Shown: positions 31,925-50,865 of the stretch, in pieces
Numbering within the stretch: position 1 is the first letter of the stretch
Layout: each line of letters begins with the position of its first letter
Assembly: GCF_009914755.1 (NCBI RefSeq)
Contig: NC_060928.1
Reading direction: 5' to 3' (one strand)
DNA: 64,000 bases
From: the human T2T-CHM13v2.0 reference genome, Homo sapiens
The notes under the pieces: generated by a model
Told to the model about the DNA's origin: nothing
What the model saw: only the letters and a program-made list of their open reading frames with translations
Database searches by the model: none
Translations under genes and position numbers: made by a program

Positions 31925-32443
31925 CTGAAATTACAAAGTTTGAGACAATCATCATTTTTACACAGTACTCCAAGAACATTATATTCAAATATAGTTTTAT
32001 TTATACATTGAATGAGATTTAATTTCTCCATGAGAATACTTTACGTGATAATTTTGTTTTGTTACTATTTTAATTACTTACTGCTAATTATTAAACAAGC
32101 ACACCAACAAACTGTCATAACCTATTTTCTGCCTTCAGAGTTATCAGTTCATTTCTTGAGTCACAAATTGTACACATGATAAATAATGTTTTCCTGTTAA
32201 ACTCTACAAGCACATTTTCTCTGGTAATATTAAATCTGCTTTGTATTTCTTGAATGTTCAGAAAGTGTAGCAGATCCTTAAATGAAGGAGAACATTTATA
32301 AGCAGTCACAAATGGAATAATAATGTCTCAAATTTGTTTATATATACAGATAAAACATATGCCTCTATATAGGCATCTGTTCCAGTTCTAATTTATTTCC
32401 ATCTAAGACTTAGCAATTTGGCATATTTAGAAATAAGAATACC

Positions 32444-33349
32444 GGGGGAGGAACCAAGATGGCCGAATAGGAACAGCTCAGGTCTACAGCTCCCAGCCTG
32501 AGCGACGCAGAAGACAGGTGATTTCTGCATTTCCATTTGAGGTACCGGGTTCATCTCACTAGGGAGTGACAGACAGTGGGCGCAGGCAAGTGGGTGCGCG
32601 CACCGTGCGCGAGCCAAAGCAGGGCGAGGCATTGCCTCACTCGGGAAGCGCAAGGGGTCAGGGAGTTCCCTTTCCTAATCAAAGAAAGGGGTGACGGACG
32701 GCACCTGGACAATCGGGTCACTCCCACCCGAATACTGCGCTTTTCCGACGGGCTTAAAAAACGGCACACCACGAGATTATATCCTGCACCTGGCTCAGAG
32801 GGTCCTACCCCACGGAGTCTCCCTGATTGCTAGCACAGCAGTCTGAGATCAAACTGCAAGGCGGCAGCGAGGCTGGGGGAGGGGCGCCCACCATTGCCCA
32901 GGCTTGCTTAGGTAAACAAAGCAGCCCGGAAGCTCGAACTGGGTGGAGCCTACCACAGCTCAAGGAGGCCTGCGTGCCTCTGTAGGCTCCACCTCTGGGG
33001 GCAGGGCACAGACAAACAAAAAGACAGCAGTAACCTCTGCAGACTTAAATGTCTCTGTCTGACAGCTTTGAAGAGAGCAGTGGTTCTCCCAGCATGCAGC
33101 TGGAGGTCTGAGAACCAGCAGACTGCCCCCTCAAGTGGGTCCCTGACCCCTGACCCCCGAGCAGCCTAACTGGGAGGCACCCTCCAGCAGGGGCACACTG
33201 ACACCTCACACGGCAGGGTACTCCAACAGACCTGCAGCTGAGGGTCCTGTCTGTTAGAAGGAAAACTAACAAACAGAAAGGACATCCACACCAAAAACCC
33301 ATCTGTACATCACAATCATCAAAGACCAAAAGTAGATAAAACCACAAAG
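32444..33349. promoter_or_regulatory. L1 5' UTR bidirectional promoter (sense and antisense), CpG-rich
   Basis: Intact YY1 motif CAAGATGGCC at 32455-32464; many retained CpGs. Confidence 0.75.
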
Positions 33350-34363
33350 ATGGGGAAAAAACAGAACAGAAAAACTGGAAACTCTAAAAATCAGAGCGCC
33401 TCTCCTCCTCCAAAGGAACGCGGCTCCTCACCAGCAACGGAACACAGCTGGACGGAGAATGACTTTGACGAGCTGAGAGAAGGCTTCAGACGATCAAATT
33501 ACTCTGAGCTACGGGAGGACATTCAAACCAAAGGCAAAGAAGTTGAAAACTTTGAAAAAAATTTAGAAGAATGTATAACTAGAATAACCAATACAGAGAA
33601 GTGCTTAAAGGAGCTGATGGAGCTGAAAACCAAGGCTCGAGAACTATGTGAAGAATGCAGAAGCGTCAGGAGCCGATGCGATCAACTGGAAGAAAGGGTA
33701 TCAGCAATGGAAGATGAAATGAATGAAATGAAGTGAGAAGGAAAGTTTAGAGAAAAAAGAATAAAAAGAAACGAGCAAAGCCTCCAAGCAATATGGGACT
33801 ATGTGAAAAGACCAAATCTACGTCTGATTGGTGTACCTGAAAGTGATGGGGAGAATGGAACCAAGTTGGAAAACACTCTGCAGGATATTATCCAGGAGAA
33901 TTTCCCCAATCTAGCAAGGCAGGCCAACGTTCAGATTCAGGAAATACAGAGAATGCCACAAAGATACTCTTTGAGAAGAGCAACTCCAAGACACATAATA
34001 GTCAGATTCACCAAAGTTGAAATGAAGGAAAAAATGTTAAGGGCAGCCAGAGAGAAAGGTCGGGTTACCCTCAAAGGGAAGCCCATCAGACTAACAGCGG
34101 ATCTCTCGGCAGAAACCCTACAAGCCAGAAGAGAGTGGGGGCCAATATTCAACATTCTTAAAGAAAAGAATTTTCAACCTAGAATTTCATATCCAGCCAA
34201 ACTAAGCTTCATAAGTGAAGGAGAAATAAAATACTTTACAGACAAGCAAATGCTGAGAGATTTTGTCACCACCAGGCCTGCCCTAAAAGAGCTCCTGAAG
34301 GAAGCAGTAAACATGGAAAGGAACAACCGGTACCAGCCGCTGCAAAATCATGCCAAAATGTAA
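33350..34363 (+). pseudogene. L1 ORF1p, disrupted
   Basis: Premature TGA at 33734-33736 (CGA>TGA); 3-nt deletion (ELREGFRR); rest in frame. Confidence 0.93.
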
Positions 34364-34411
34364 TGACCATCGAGACTACGAAGAAACTGCATCAACTAAG
34401 GAGCAAAATAA

Positions 34412-38254
<3,843 letters not shown>

Positions 38255-38793
38255 ACAATGAGATCACATGGACACAGGAAGGGGAACATCACACTCTGGG
38301 GCCTGTTGTGGGGTGGGGGGAGGGGGGAGGGATAGCACTGGGAGATATACCTAATGCTAGATGACGAGTTAGTGGGTGCAGCACACCAGCATGGCACATG
38401 TATACGTATGTAACTAACCCGCACAATGTGCACATGTACCCTAAAACTTAAAGTATAATAATAAAAAAATAAAAAAATAAAAAATAAATAAAAATAAAAA
38501 TTAAAAGTATAAAAAAAGACATAAGAATACCATGTTTAATCAGAAAGTAGAGATACGGTAGGCAATTAAAAATATATTTTGTTGATTCTAATTCTATTAG
38601 AATTCATAGAGTTCAGTTGAAATATGAGGAATATGTTCATTTTTTTCATTCTTCCAAAGTTACCATTCTTGCCAGTTTACTCACTATGCACTAATCTAAA
38701 CAAGATAGTGCTAACAATCTACTCAAGGGCAAGTAACTATTATATTTTTACTAATTAAAAAACCAAGATTAATACATATTTCAATGAGCTCAA

Positions 38794-38908
38794 CTTTTTT
38801 TTTTTTAAATATAGACTGGGTTTTGCTATGTTGTCTAGGCTGGTCTCAAACTCCTGGGCTCAAGCAATCCTCCTGTATTGGCCACCCAAAGTGCTGAGAT
38901 TACAGGTG
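38794..38908 (-). mobile_element. FLAM_C / Alu left monomer
   Basis: poly-T then ggctggtctcaaactcctgggctcaagcaatcc. Confidence 0.8.
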
Positions 38909-39199
38909 ACAACCTCATTTTTTTGAAATTGAAATGACAATAACATCATAAAACTTTTCCCTTCATAATCACAACTTTCTCCTACAGTAAAGTAACATCT
39001 ATTTTTAAAACCGATTATTTGGTGAAAATAATCTTCAAAAAATAATGTCTGCCTTGTTATTTGTTAAATTTTTAAAGTTTTTAGCTTTTAATATTTGAAC
39101 AAATAGTACTAAATTATTGACAGTCCATCAGTACAAGTAGTCTTCCCTTACTTTTCTCAAATAATCCTTTGCTTCCAATGATCACATGAATTTTATAGA

Positions 39200-39554
39200 T
39201 AACATGGTTTGGCTGTGTCCCCACCCAAATCTCAACTTGAATTGTATCTTCCAGAATTCCCACATGTTGTGGGAGGGACCGGGGTGTGGTAATTGAATCA
39301 TGGGAGCTGCTCTTGCCCGTGCTATTCTCATAATAGTGAATAAGTCTCACGAGATCTGACGGGTTCTTCAGGGGTTTCTGCTTTTGCTTCTTCCTCATCT
39401 TCTCCTGCCGCTGCCATGTAAGAAGTGCCTTTTGCCTCCTGCCATCATTCTGGGGCTTCCCCAGCCATGTGGAAATGTAAGTCCAATTAAACCTCTCTTT
39501 TTTTTTCCAGTATCGGGCATGTCTTTATCAGCAGCATGAAAATGGATAAATACA
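39200..39554 (+). mobile_element. THE1A (MaLR) solo LTR
   Basis: atggtttggctgtgtccccacccaaatctcaacttgaattgtatc; 355 bp; 5-bp TSD ataga at 39195-39199 and 39555-39559. Confidence 0.9.
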
Positions 39555-40201
39555 ATAGATATTTCCCTATAAGCAAACATCTTACATGTCACATATCCTA
39601 CACAGAAGAGCTTCAGGGCAAAAAGAAAAAAAGATGAGGTGCTGTATTCCATGACAAAGCTGAATTCCTCATTTAATGTGAACTTTTACCCATGCTGGAT
39701 TTAAAAAAAAAAAGATACTCAAGTAATACTTTTTCTTGACTTGATGTTAATTCTACTGCCACAAAATGCATTCTATCCGTCCATTGTCTCACCTTTTCCT
39801 CTCTGCACAAAAAAGGTACAATTTACATCAGTTTCAAGAGTTATAGATCAAAGTGAAGACCCAAAATATATCTGAAGGGCCCAGGGAACTTCTGGGTTTA
39901 ACTTTTCTTTAACTTTTTAATTTCTCCTTCCAATTAGTGGTGGTGTGTTTGTAATTCCAATTTACTCAGAAGCCAGAGATATGTGACATCAACAATTACA
40001 AGCATTCAACTATATATCAATGAAAGCATACAGTTATTAACTTCTAAAAAGCATGCTTCATTTTAAAACAGAAATTCACACCTCAGGCAATTTTCCACAG
40101 CTATGCTCCAGTTTATTAAATATCATTCTTATTTGAGTCTGATAAAAATAATTACTATGTAAAATTACATGGCTAATTAAGGATCTGCTGAAGAAATCTA
40201 A

Positions 40202-40516
<315 letters not shown>

Positions 40517-40861
40517 TAAAACTAGCATAAGTTTTGGTTGCTCAGGACAGGCTTTCAAATGAGATAACAATATGGCCTGTTATATTTACAAAGTTCTGTC
40601 TCTAAAGGGAGCACATGTGACAGCTGATGAAATCTGCACTATGTAATATTCTCAGTTATTTCAAAAAAGCTTTTAAAAGCCCCTTGGTGTAAATTTTTAA
40701 AATATCAAAATAAATATATGCCTTTTGATTTGCAAATCAAAGAATTCAAGAGTAGTTACAAAAAAAAAAGAAAAACAGAATAAAACAAAGGATTCAATGG
40801 AATCATAGAATCTTGACTCTTTTTAAGGAGACATTAAAATATTGTTAAAGCTCTGTAATTG

Positions 40862-41066
40862 ACATGGACACAAAGAAGGGAATAACAGACTCCAGGACCG
40901 CTTGAGGGAGGAAGGTGAGAGGAGAGAGATGATTGAAAACCTACCTGTCTGGTACTATGCTTATTACCTGGGTGATGAAATAATCTGTACACCAAATCCC
41001 CATGACATGCAATTTACATATATAACAAATCTGTACATGTACCCTGAATCTAAAAGTTAAAAAAAA
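40862..41066 (+). mobile_element. Short 5'-truncated L1PA15/16 3' end
   Basis: catggacacaaagaagggaataacagac...taaaagtt(A)n; TSD tctgtaattg at 40852-40861 and 41067-41076. Confidence 0.85.
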
Positions 41067-42486
41067 TCTGTAATTGTGATTTATACTATATAATAAGGAT
41101 ATGAATCTAGAGTCTTAACTTCAAAAATAGTGTTTTCTAACCTACACATGACCTATATAGAGGTAAATGGTATTATTTAAACAAATAAATTAAGGTTCTT
41201 ATTAAATTTCCCATTTAAGCTTCAAGTGAAGTTTATTATATTACAGTATAAAATCTATCTAATATAAATTTTCTTCATTTTATATTTGTAAAACCTTATA
41301 ACTTTTAATTTTTCCAATGAAATATAAAATGAAAATAAATTGTCATCTTCCCTTCTAATTGCTCTGTATTAAAAATTTTTGTTTCTCTCCTTTAAAATGG
41401 CTTGTTATATATATTAACATGACAATCCCCAATAAATTTATTGTAAGAATTTTATATGACACTATCATATTTTTGTGCAACTGTTTATAAATAAGCCATC
41501 TGTTTTCCAAAAAATATATGCAGAGACAAAATTTCAGAAAGCCCTACATATAGGTATCCTTATTTTTCCCTTCCGAAAAGTTTTTCAGCTTTGACTCTTT
41601 TAGCTAGGATAAGAAGATGAAAGATGATGGGTGGGATTTAAAACAAATGTTTTCCTCAGCTCACACATCAGAAATGGTATTCTCAATTCCATAACTATTT
41701 GTTGTTTTCCATCAGACTACTAGTCTATCATGAAGATGATAAATATAGATAGGTTGGGAGTTATGTATCTGTTGTCAACTAAGAATGTGCCCAAACCAAA
41801 CCATTTGGTGATAATGTTGACTCACTGCACTCAAAAGCAGGGTTATTTTAATGCAAATGAACCTGAATTACTTCCCATTACAAAGTTTTCTGCTGTAAAA
41901 TTTGGCCTATCTAGTAAAGGCACAAAAAACAAGCACCAACTTTTATAACTAAGTGGAAAGAAGGGGTTCAAAAGAAGAGAAAGGAAAGAGAAAAGTAATC
42001 TTTAGAGCTACATTTGTGAACCACTTTCTTTCCTTCTCACATATCTTGCTCTAGCTAAAAAAAGAATCTACAGATGAGCCCACTTAATAGTTATCATAAT
42101 AATATTTCTAGTAAAGGTAGGTAGGACATTTACTGTTTCAGGAAAAATCTCCTCAGTCACATGATACAAGATATTCTTAAAAATCCCAAGACTGTATATA
42201 CTACAATCTCCAAATATCATTAAAGTCATTAAGCAAAGATGTGCACTAAGCTGCACATATATTAAAAGTAATGGAAAAAAACACAACTGCTTTTGCACCA
42301 ACCTAATACAATGCACTACCTTTCTAAATACATAACTTTTGGAGTGAAATTGCATATTCTCTCGCTCTCATTGTTACAGTTTGGTGGGAAAGAAGAGTTT
42401 TATACCCCACCTTTGACAACTGGACTTTAGACTTTGTATGTCTGTCTTCCTCTTTCTCCTTCCAAGAGTTACTGAATATATATGTG

Positions 42487-42609
42487 TAGTATGAACTTAT
42501 CTCCTAGTTTGCCTGAGAGAGTCCCAGTTGGCATCTGTAGACCCAGCATCTGGTACAGTGCCCCTTTAAACTCTCAGAAACATCCCAATTTAGTTGTACA
42601 GTCAATCTA
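42487..42609 (-). mobile_element. MER94-like hAT-Blackjack MITE
   Basis: gtttgcctgagagagtcccagtt...gcccctttaaactctcagaaacatccc. Confidence 0.6.
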
Positions 42610-44488
42610 GCTATATGTGGTACTATATTAAATGTTGGGGACATCACAGTGAAGAACATACGATTCTTTCCCTCAAAAGATTTAGAAAGATATACAGGTA
42701 AACAGAAAATTGGGGAAACTTTCTCCTAATTTCCCAGATTTATATGATATCTCCTCTTATCTTTACCTTTCCGACTTGTAGCAACCACATCTTCCAAAAC
42801 ACTACAAGAGTATGTTTAATGTGCCAAAGTTTCATTGGCCAAATATAGTCTACCTGGTTCCTCACTGGCCTGAAGCTGCCTTTCTCCTCAATAGCCTAAG
42901 ATATACCTGTCCTGCAAGTTATAAACTTGTTTTCCAATATGGCTGAAATGCTAATCAACAGATTTCTTTCTAATTCCTCCATCTTTTTCCATACAATTAA
43001 TACTCTAAGATTCTGAACCTTAGAATAATTTTAATAATCTTAGATAATCTCAACAGCCAATCCTGAGTTGCATAATCAGTATGTTATTTTTAAATGTTCC
43101 CATGTATTGATAGTTTGTCAACTCAATAACAATGTTTCTGGTGATAATTTGATAGTACAAATGATAATAAGAAATATTCATTTAAGTCAGAAAGTAATTA
43201 AATTTATTATATCTTAAATATATCTGCAGGTAACAAGTCAATAGAACTAAGTTTAAAAAAACAGGGTATCTTGATTAAATTGAGCATTCTTTTACTGATC
43301 TATAAGAGGTAAAGCATTTTAGAGTCTCATGAGTGTATATATATTTTAGAAAAAACTTTAAAATACAAAATATTTTAAGTTCTATTAGCGTATAGTAATA
43401 ATAACTTTTTTTTTTTCAAAGAACAATTCAAGTTGCTATTGAACATAGAAACTTTTAACTTCCGGAAAGGCAATTCAAAGATTCAGTAAATATGCATTTC
43501 TACAATTGGCTTTTAAATGGATTAGTTTCTTACGACTTAGGATTTTTCCCAAAATTTGTGGAGAAGAAAGTGTACATGTGATATTTATGCCAACCAAAAA
43601 TCAATTACTACTTTGAAGTGTAAAGCTTAAAACTCTACAAAATAAAGAGAAACACAGTAACAAAGAAGTAAACTAATAAGAGCTATTTCTAATTCTAAGC
43701 CTAAAATAAACACTTTGAAGAAAAATAAACCACTGTTCTATCAAACTTTAGTAACCAATATACAGTGTACTGTTTCAGCTCCTTCTTTAGCTTTCCATCT
43801 CTCTTTCCTACCCGACAGATCAGATTTGATTAGTGGATATTTTATCATCCCATTTTACACTCTTTTACTTCAGTCCTCTTCTTTGTTCCCTGTCCTAAGA
43901 ATGTCTTTACCTATTCTCACCAATGAAATTCCTACTCAAACTTCAAATTCATCAAGTATCTTCCTTTTATGAAACCTTTCCAGAATGCTATCTCTTCTTT
44001 TTGCTACCACACACAAGAAAATTGAAACCCCCTAAACTTCTTGCTCTGTGCTAACATAATAGTATGTATACTTGTCTCCTAGACTTATAAGTAGTCATTT
44101 TCACATTTATTTACCGTATCATAGTATGAAGTCCTTTGGGAAAGGAATAAATGTTATTTATTGAAAGAATCTCAATTCTGTAAGCAGCACTTGGCATGGC
44201 ACAGTGTCAGCACAGTTATATACTGAAAGACTAAATTAATTGAAACTGTTTTTTTTCTTATGTAACATATGGTCAATATAAAATTTGGACAAATGATTTA
44301 AAACACCTTGTCTATTGATTTTTTTTTAGCATAATATTAAAGAACATTTATGGTGGCTTTAAAGAAGTTCAAAATTAAATACCAATTCAAGATTTCAAAT
44401 GCAATTTTATAGAAATCATAACTGAGGAAATTATTAATACTTAGAGAAACAAGCAATCAATAATTGTTGAGAGGTCTTTTAATTATAA

Positions 44489-44847
<359 letters not shown>

Positions 44848-44970
44848 TTTTTGGCCTTTCTGACAAGTCTCTCCAAATTCATGTTGTGTACACTACAGTC
44901 TCTAATTTAATAAATTAAACAAGACATTGTCTTGCATATCTGTATAGTATGCCTTTTAAAAGTGTGTTAA

Positions 44971-45256
44971 GGCTGGCCGCAGTGGCTCAAGCCTGTAATT
45001 CCAGCACTTTGGGAGGGAGAGGTGAGCGAATGGCTTGAGCTCCTGAGTTTGAGATCAGCCTGGGGAACATGGCCAAACTCTTATCTCTACAAAAAAATAC
45101 AAAAATTAGCCAGATGTGGTGATGCATGCCTGTAGTCTCAGCTACTCAGGAGGCTGAGGTGGAAGGGTGGCTTGAGCACAGGAGGTGGAGGTTGCAGTGA
45201 GCTGAGATTGTGCCATGGCACTCTAACCTGAGTGAAAGAGCCAGACCTTGTATCAA
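44971..45256 (+). mobile_element. AluJ
   Basis: Full dimer; TSD aaaagtgtgttaa at 44958-44970 and 45257-45269. Confidence 0.9.
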
Positions 45257-47169
45257 AAAAGTGTGTTAAAAAAGCCTGCAATTAGAAAGTGTGGAAATTT
45301 GTCTTTTTCATATTGGAAATTCATTATTAATATACAATGTATGTATCTGAGATATGAAACAGTAGAAAAATAAAATTTTGGGAGGAAGATAATTTCTATG
45401 TTTTGTAACAGGCATCTAGAAATAGAAATAGAAATCAATGTAACAGAAGATGTCTCATATGGTCTTTTAAGAGGTGGCCATCTAGCCAGGTATCATCCAG
45501 CCATCTAAGAAACAGTCTAATCAGCTCATGTTATAAGTCCTGTTTTTATTGCTTATTTGAGGATTCCCCAATATTTTCATCTTTCTAAAGTATAGAAATT
45601 TAGCCCAACACTGTATATTAATTGGGCTTTTATATTTGGAAAGTTCAGTAAACACTACAATTTCATGTTAGCTTTGAAACTAACAGCATTATATTGCTGA
45701 CATATTTAGCTGATGATTATTAAATTTCTTTTTATACGGCACAAATACTAACCTGCTTATTTTTTACTTTTAATCTTCTCAGTGTCTTTGGTCACCATTT
45801 GACAGATTATTTAAATTGCATAGTTTCTGAAATCTTGTGATATTACCCAAGGTTTTATTAAATCCACTCATTTTTCTATTAACTGAAATCTGAAAGAGTA
45901 CACTATCAATTCTATAATAAACATCACTGATAAGGGTAAGAAGGAAGCTATTAGTAAGAATGGGGCACATCCCTCTTAATAAGGTACAGGACACAACCTT
46001 ATGGAACATTACTTCATAAATTTTGAAGAAGGTATAACATGGTCCTTGAAGTCAATGACCTTATTAAGGTAATCTATAAGCAAAAAACAACTTCCACTAC
46101 AAAATGCACTCCTCCTTAATTAGAAAAAGTCAAAGCAAAAAGCTGTACCTTCTAAAAATCTTTCTTGAATTAATCTCAACTTTATACAAGTCCACACTGT
46201 AGAAAATGTGCAAAGAATTGGACACATCTATGTCAAACCAAACCATTTCAAAATACAAAAGCCAATGGATTTTGCGTTTCAAAATTAACATAGAGATAAT
46301 GGATCATTATTTCCATTTCTAACTCCTATCTACACTGTAGACACAGATATATAGGAATGAACACATGATTCAATTTGCTTGTAAACACAAAATTTTTAAA
46401 AAGTTTTAATTATTTTTCTCTATACCTCAAGGTACATGATGCTGAAAAAACAAATGTTTTTATATGCTAAGCTATTTATCCATATTCTGTTCCTCCTACT
46501 TTTAGCTTTACTTTTTTGAGTTTACATTTTCCTTTCTGCTTCCTTTCTAATTATTTTCCCATTATATCAACCTCTGATACTCTAATTTTATATTCATTTC
46601 TAACCAAGTAAAATTATTACTAATTGAGATCCCACTTACTCAGAATTTTTGATGAATCAGATACAACATCTAGTATTCCTACTTCACTTATGAAAACTGG
46701 AGAATTACATAAAACCATAATGATATATATAATACAGAATCAGGTTCAAGTTGTTTAAAATAACGTAGGAAGAATTATATATAGTTAAAAACAAGATCAA
46801 AAGGATATCTGATAAGCATCACAAAAACAGTAAATGGGAGAGTGAGCAGCTTTGTAGTCTGCTCTAAAAGAACAGAAAAACTATAAGAAAATTCCCTGGC
46901 CTTAAAATACACAGAATCTTGTTGAAAGGATATAAAACAGTATAAAATGTCACAATAATAACACTAGCAAAAACTAGTACTTACAGTAACAGTAAGAAAT
47001 AAATAATAGCACTTATTGAATATTTCTATGTACCAGAAATTTACATATTATGTTTAACCTCTACAATATTTTTATTGTAGATATGAGAAAAATGTTACCT
47101 ACACAACTTAAATAATAAGTAGTGAAACTTAAATTTTAAACACTTTTCTGTTTTAAAAGTGTGGGTTTT

Positions 47170-48855
47170 CTTGTTTTGTTTTCAATTTCTGTGGGTACAT
47201 AGAACATGCATATATTTATGGGGTAAATGAGATACATTGATATAGACATGCAATGCATAATCTCATTCAGGGAAAATGAGGTATCCATCACCTCAAGTAT
47301 TTTTCTTTTGTGTTAAAAACAATCCAATTATATACTTACTTATTTTAAAATGTACAATTAAATTATTATTAACTATAGTCACCCTGTTGTGCTAGCAAAT
47401 ACAAGGTCTTATTTATTCTTTCGGTTATTTTTTTTTTTTTTACCCATTCACAATGTGTATCCTCCAACTCCTACCCTCCACTACCCTTCCCAGCCTGTGG
47501 TAACCATCATTCTACTCTCTATCTCCATGAGTTCAAATGTTTTGATTTTCAGATCCCACCAATAAGTGAGAACATGTGAAGCCTGTCTTTTTGTGCCTGG
47601 CTTATTTCATTTAACATAATAACCTCCAGTTCCAACCATGTTGTTGAAAATGACGGGATCCCATTTTTTCTTATGGCTGAATAGTACTCCATTGTGTATT
47701 AAGTGCCACATTTTCTTTACCCACTTGTCTGTTGATGGACACTTAGGTTGCTTCCAAATCTTGGCTATCATGAATGGTGCTGCAATAAACATGGGAGTGC
47801 AGATATCTCTCTGATACTCATTTCCTTTCTTTTGGGTATATACCTAGCAGTAGGATTGCTGGATCATATGGTAGGTTTACTTTCAGTTTATTGAAGAACC
47901 TCTAAACTGTTCTCCATAGTGGTTATACTAACTTACATTACCACCAACAGTGCATGAGGGTTCCTTTTTCTCTACATCCTCACCAGCATTTGTTATTGCC
48001 TATCTTTTGGGTAAAAGCCATTTTAAGCAGAGTGACACGATATCTCATTGTAGTTTTGACTTGAATTTCTCTGATCATCAATGATGTTGAGCACCTTTTC
48101 AGAAGCCTGTTTGCCATGTGTATGTCTTCTTTTGAGAAATGTGTAATCAAATCTTTTGCCCTTTTTAAAATCAGATTATTAGATTTTTTTTCTATAGAGT
48201 TATCTGAGCTTCCTATATATTCTGGCTGTTAATCTCTTATCAGGTGGGTAGTTTTCAAACATTTTCTCCCATTCTGTGAGTTGTCTCCTAACTTTGTTGA
48301 TTGTCTCCTTTGCTGTTCAGAAGGTTTTTAACTTGATGTGATCTCATTTGTCCATTTTTGCTTTGTTTGCCTCTGCTTATGGGGTATTACTCGACATCTT
48401 TGCCTGGACCAACGTCCTGGAGAGCTTCCCCAGTGTTTTCTTATAGTAGTTTCATAATTTGAGGTCTTAGATTTAAGACTTTAAACCATTTTGATTTGAT
48501 TTTTGTGTATGTTGACAGATAGAGGTCTAGTTTCATTCTTCTGCATATGAAGATCTAATTTCCTCAGAACTATTTGTTGAAGAGACTTTAAGAACAGTGA
48601 ATGTTCTTGACACCTTTGTTGAAAATGTGTTCATTGTAAGTGTATAGATTTGCTTCTGGGTTCTCTATTCTGTTCTATTGGTCTATGTGTCTGTTTTTAT
48701 GCCAGTACCATTTTGTTTCAGTTACTATAGCTCTGTAGTATAATTTGAAGTCAGATAATGTGATTCCTCCAGTTTTGTTCTTTTTGCTCAGGACAGCTTT
48801 GGCTATTCTGGGTCTTTTGTGGGTCCATATAAATTTTAGGATTTTTTTTTCTATC
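47170..48855 (-). mobile_element. L1MA2-like 3' UTR plus ORF2 end
   Basis: gtgggtacatag...tatatttatggggt 3' UTR; ORF 47607..47792 (MFIAAPFMIAKIWKQPKCPST). Confidence 0.85.
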
Positions 48856-49392
48856 TAAATCTGCGTATTTTTAACTTCTATTCTATTACTTCCAAAAAAG
48901 AGTTCAGGAAATTGTAGTACAAGTTTGAATGTGGCTAAAGTTGTCCTGAATGAATTCACAAACAGGTTACGCTATGACATGAACTCTTAAGGAGGAGGTA
49001 TATTTTAGGGAAGTTGAAGAAAGAGGGAGTATATTTTGGGTATGCATGCATGGGAAATGAGATAAATGTAAAGTATTTTTAATACTCTGCTTACACAATT
49101 AAACATTTAAACTTTTTACTAATTTACAATGGACTTGCCCATGGTGAAGCTTTTTGTGAGCAATTTTGATTGTGAAAAACACAAACGGCAGTCTCTTATT
49201 TTCTCAAACTCGCATGCCTGCAATTGAACTGAAATGAGATCAGATATCAAATATCCATTAGAAAAATACCATAATTCTTTGTGGATTTGGAGGAAAGACT
49301 GAACTTTCTAATTTCTCTTTATGGATTTTATTGGATGGACCATCATCGTATTTTTGGGGTCAAAATCTTAAATTTAATCAAATATTACATCA

Positions 49393-49569
<177 letters not shown>

Positions 49570-50814
49570 TTAACAGGGTAGATGACCATCAGTAATGCAT
49601 TCACTTAGCACATATTCCTTGAAACTACTATTAAATAACAGTTATGATAGCCAAGTGCTAGAAAAACAAAATTAAGAGATAAAAGCCTCTATGCTTTAAA
49701 ATAGAAAATATTTTTATTTTAGACAACAAAAAATAATAATTCTATAACTTCAATTTCAAACTAGCATGGCAATCATTATCACACAATAATCACAACTTTT
49801 ATTACCTAAACGTTGTTTCTTAAAATTTCTAAGCATGATCATTATTAGTAAGTTATACGGACCTCACGATCCTTAACTGCTGCTGATGCAAACAAGAGTC
49901 TACGAACTATGGATTTAGGAATAGTGTTATAATTCACATTTTCAAACACAGACCCCTGACTATGTTTGGGTCAGTATGAGTGATCATTGGCTATGCCTAA
50001 CTAAACATAGTAAAAAACTCTAGTCTAGATTAATGAGTGAGAATATCACAGAACAGAGTATTTTAAAAACAATTCAAAGAGTAAAATTTCATTTCTCTGG
50101 GATTATGCTATTTTTACTTAATTCCAGAAACCGATGCAAATTCGGTCATGAAATAGAATCTGAAAATAGGGAGATCTTCAGATAAGGCATCTAGACATTC
50201 AAGCTATATACAGTAACACACTCTATATGTGATTTCAGGGATTGGAGTTAATCGAATTTAGTATTTATTGAAAAGCCTACAATAATAAAGTTATTGCAGA
50301 AGGGCAGGAAAAAAAAAACCTGCCATTGAAAAAGGGCTGTCAAAAAATATTACAACATTAGTATATAAGTATTAGAATACAAGATAGACACAAGATAAAT
50401 TTTTATAAATACAAAGTGCTTTATGGGCTGAAGAAGGAGAATGAGAAAAGTCTTCATTAAGGAAGAGGTATCCAAAATGATAGGCTTTGGAGATGCAAGG
50501 TTATGGAAAAGTGCCACCATAATTGATTTCTTTACAAATTCTTTAGAAAGTATACTTAGACAAAAATTAATCTCTAAAGAATTTAGAATAATCAAATTCC
50601 ACTAAATTTCTAGTAATAGCTTTAGCATAACTGAAACTCTCCAGTAATAAATTAATCCTTCACATCTCTAAAATGAGTCTATAATAGATTATTTCACAGA
50701 AATCTACCAGGGAGAGAATAAGAGCCTTAAAACAAAAACAAAAACCTTTCATGTGTGAATCAAATATTTTAGAATATTATGCGCAATGATTATTTAAATG
50801 TTAAAGAGGCTTAC

Positions 50815-50865
50815 CTTCATTATTGAAGTTTAGATATAGGAATGGAGCACAAAGTGAGTCAAGAC
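50815..50865 (-). CDS. TBCK: TBCK exon ~18 (51 nt): (G)LDSLCAPFLYLNFNNE(A)
   Basis: ttag|GT acceptor, AAG|gtaagc donor. Confidence 0.95.

Noticed and set aside
38310-38331. G-quadruplex-forming tract
   Set aside because: Standard, well-described L1 3' UTR polypurine tract
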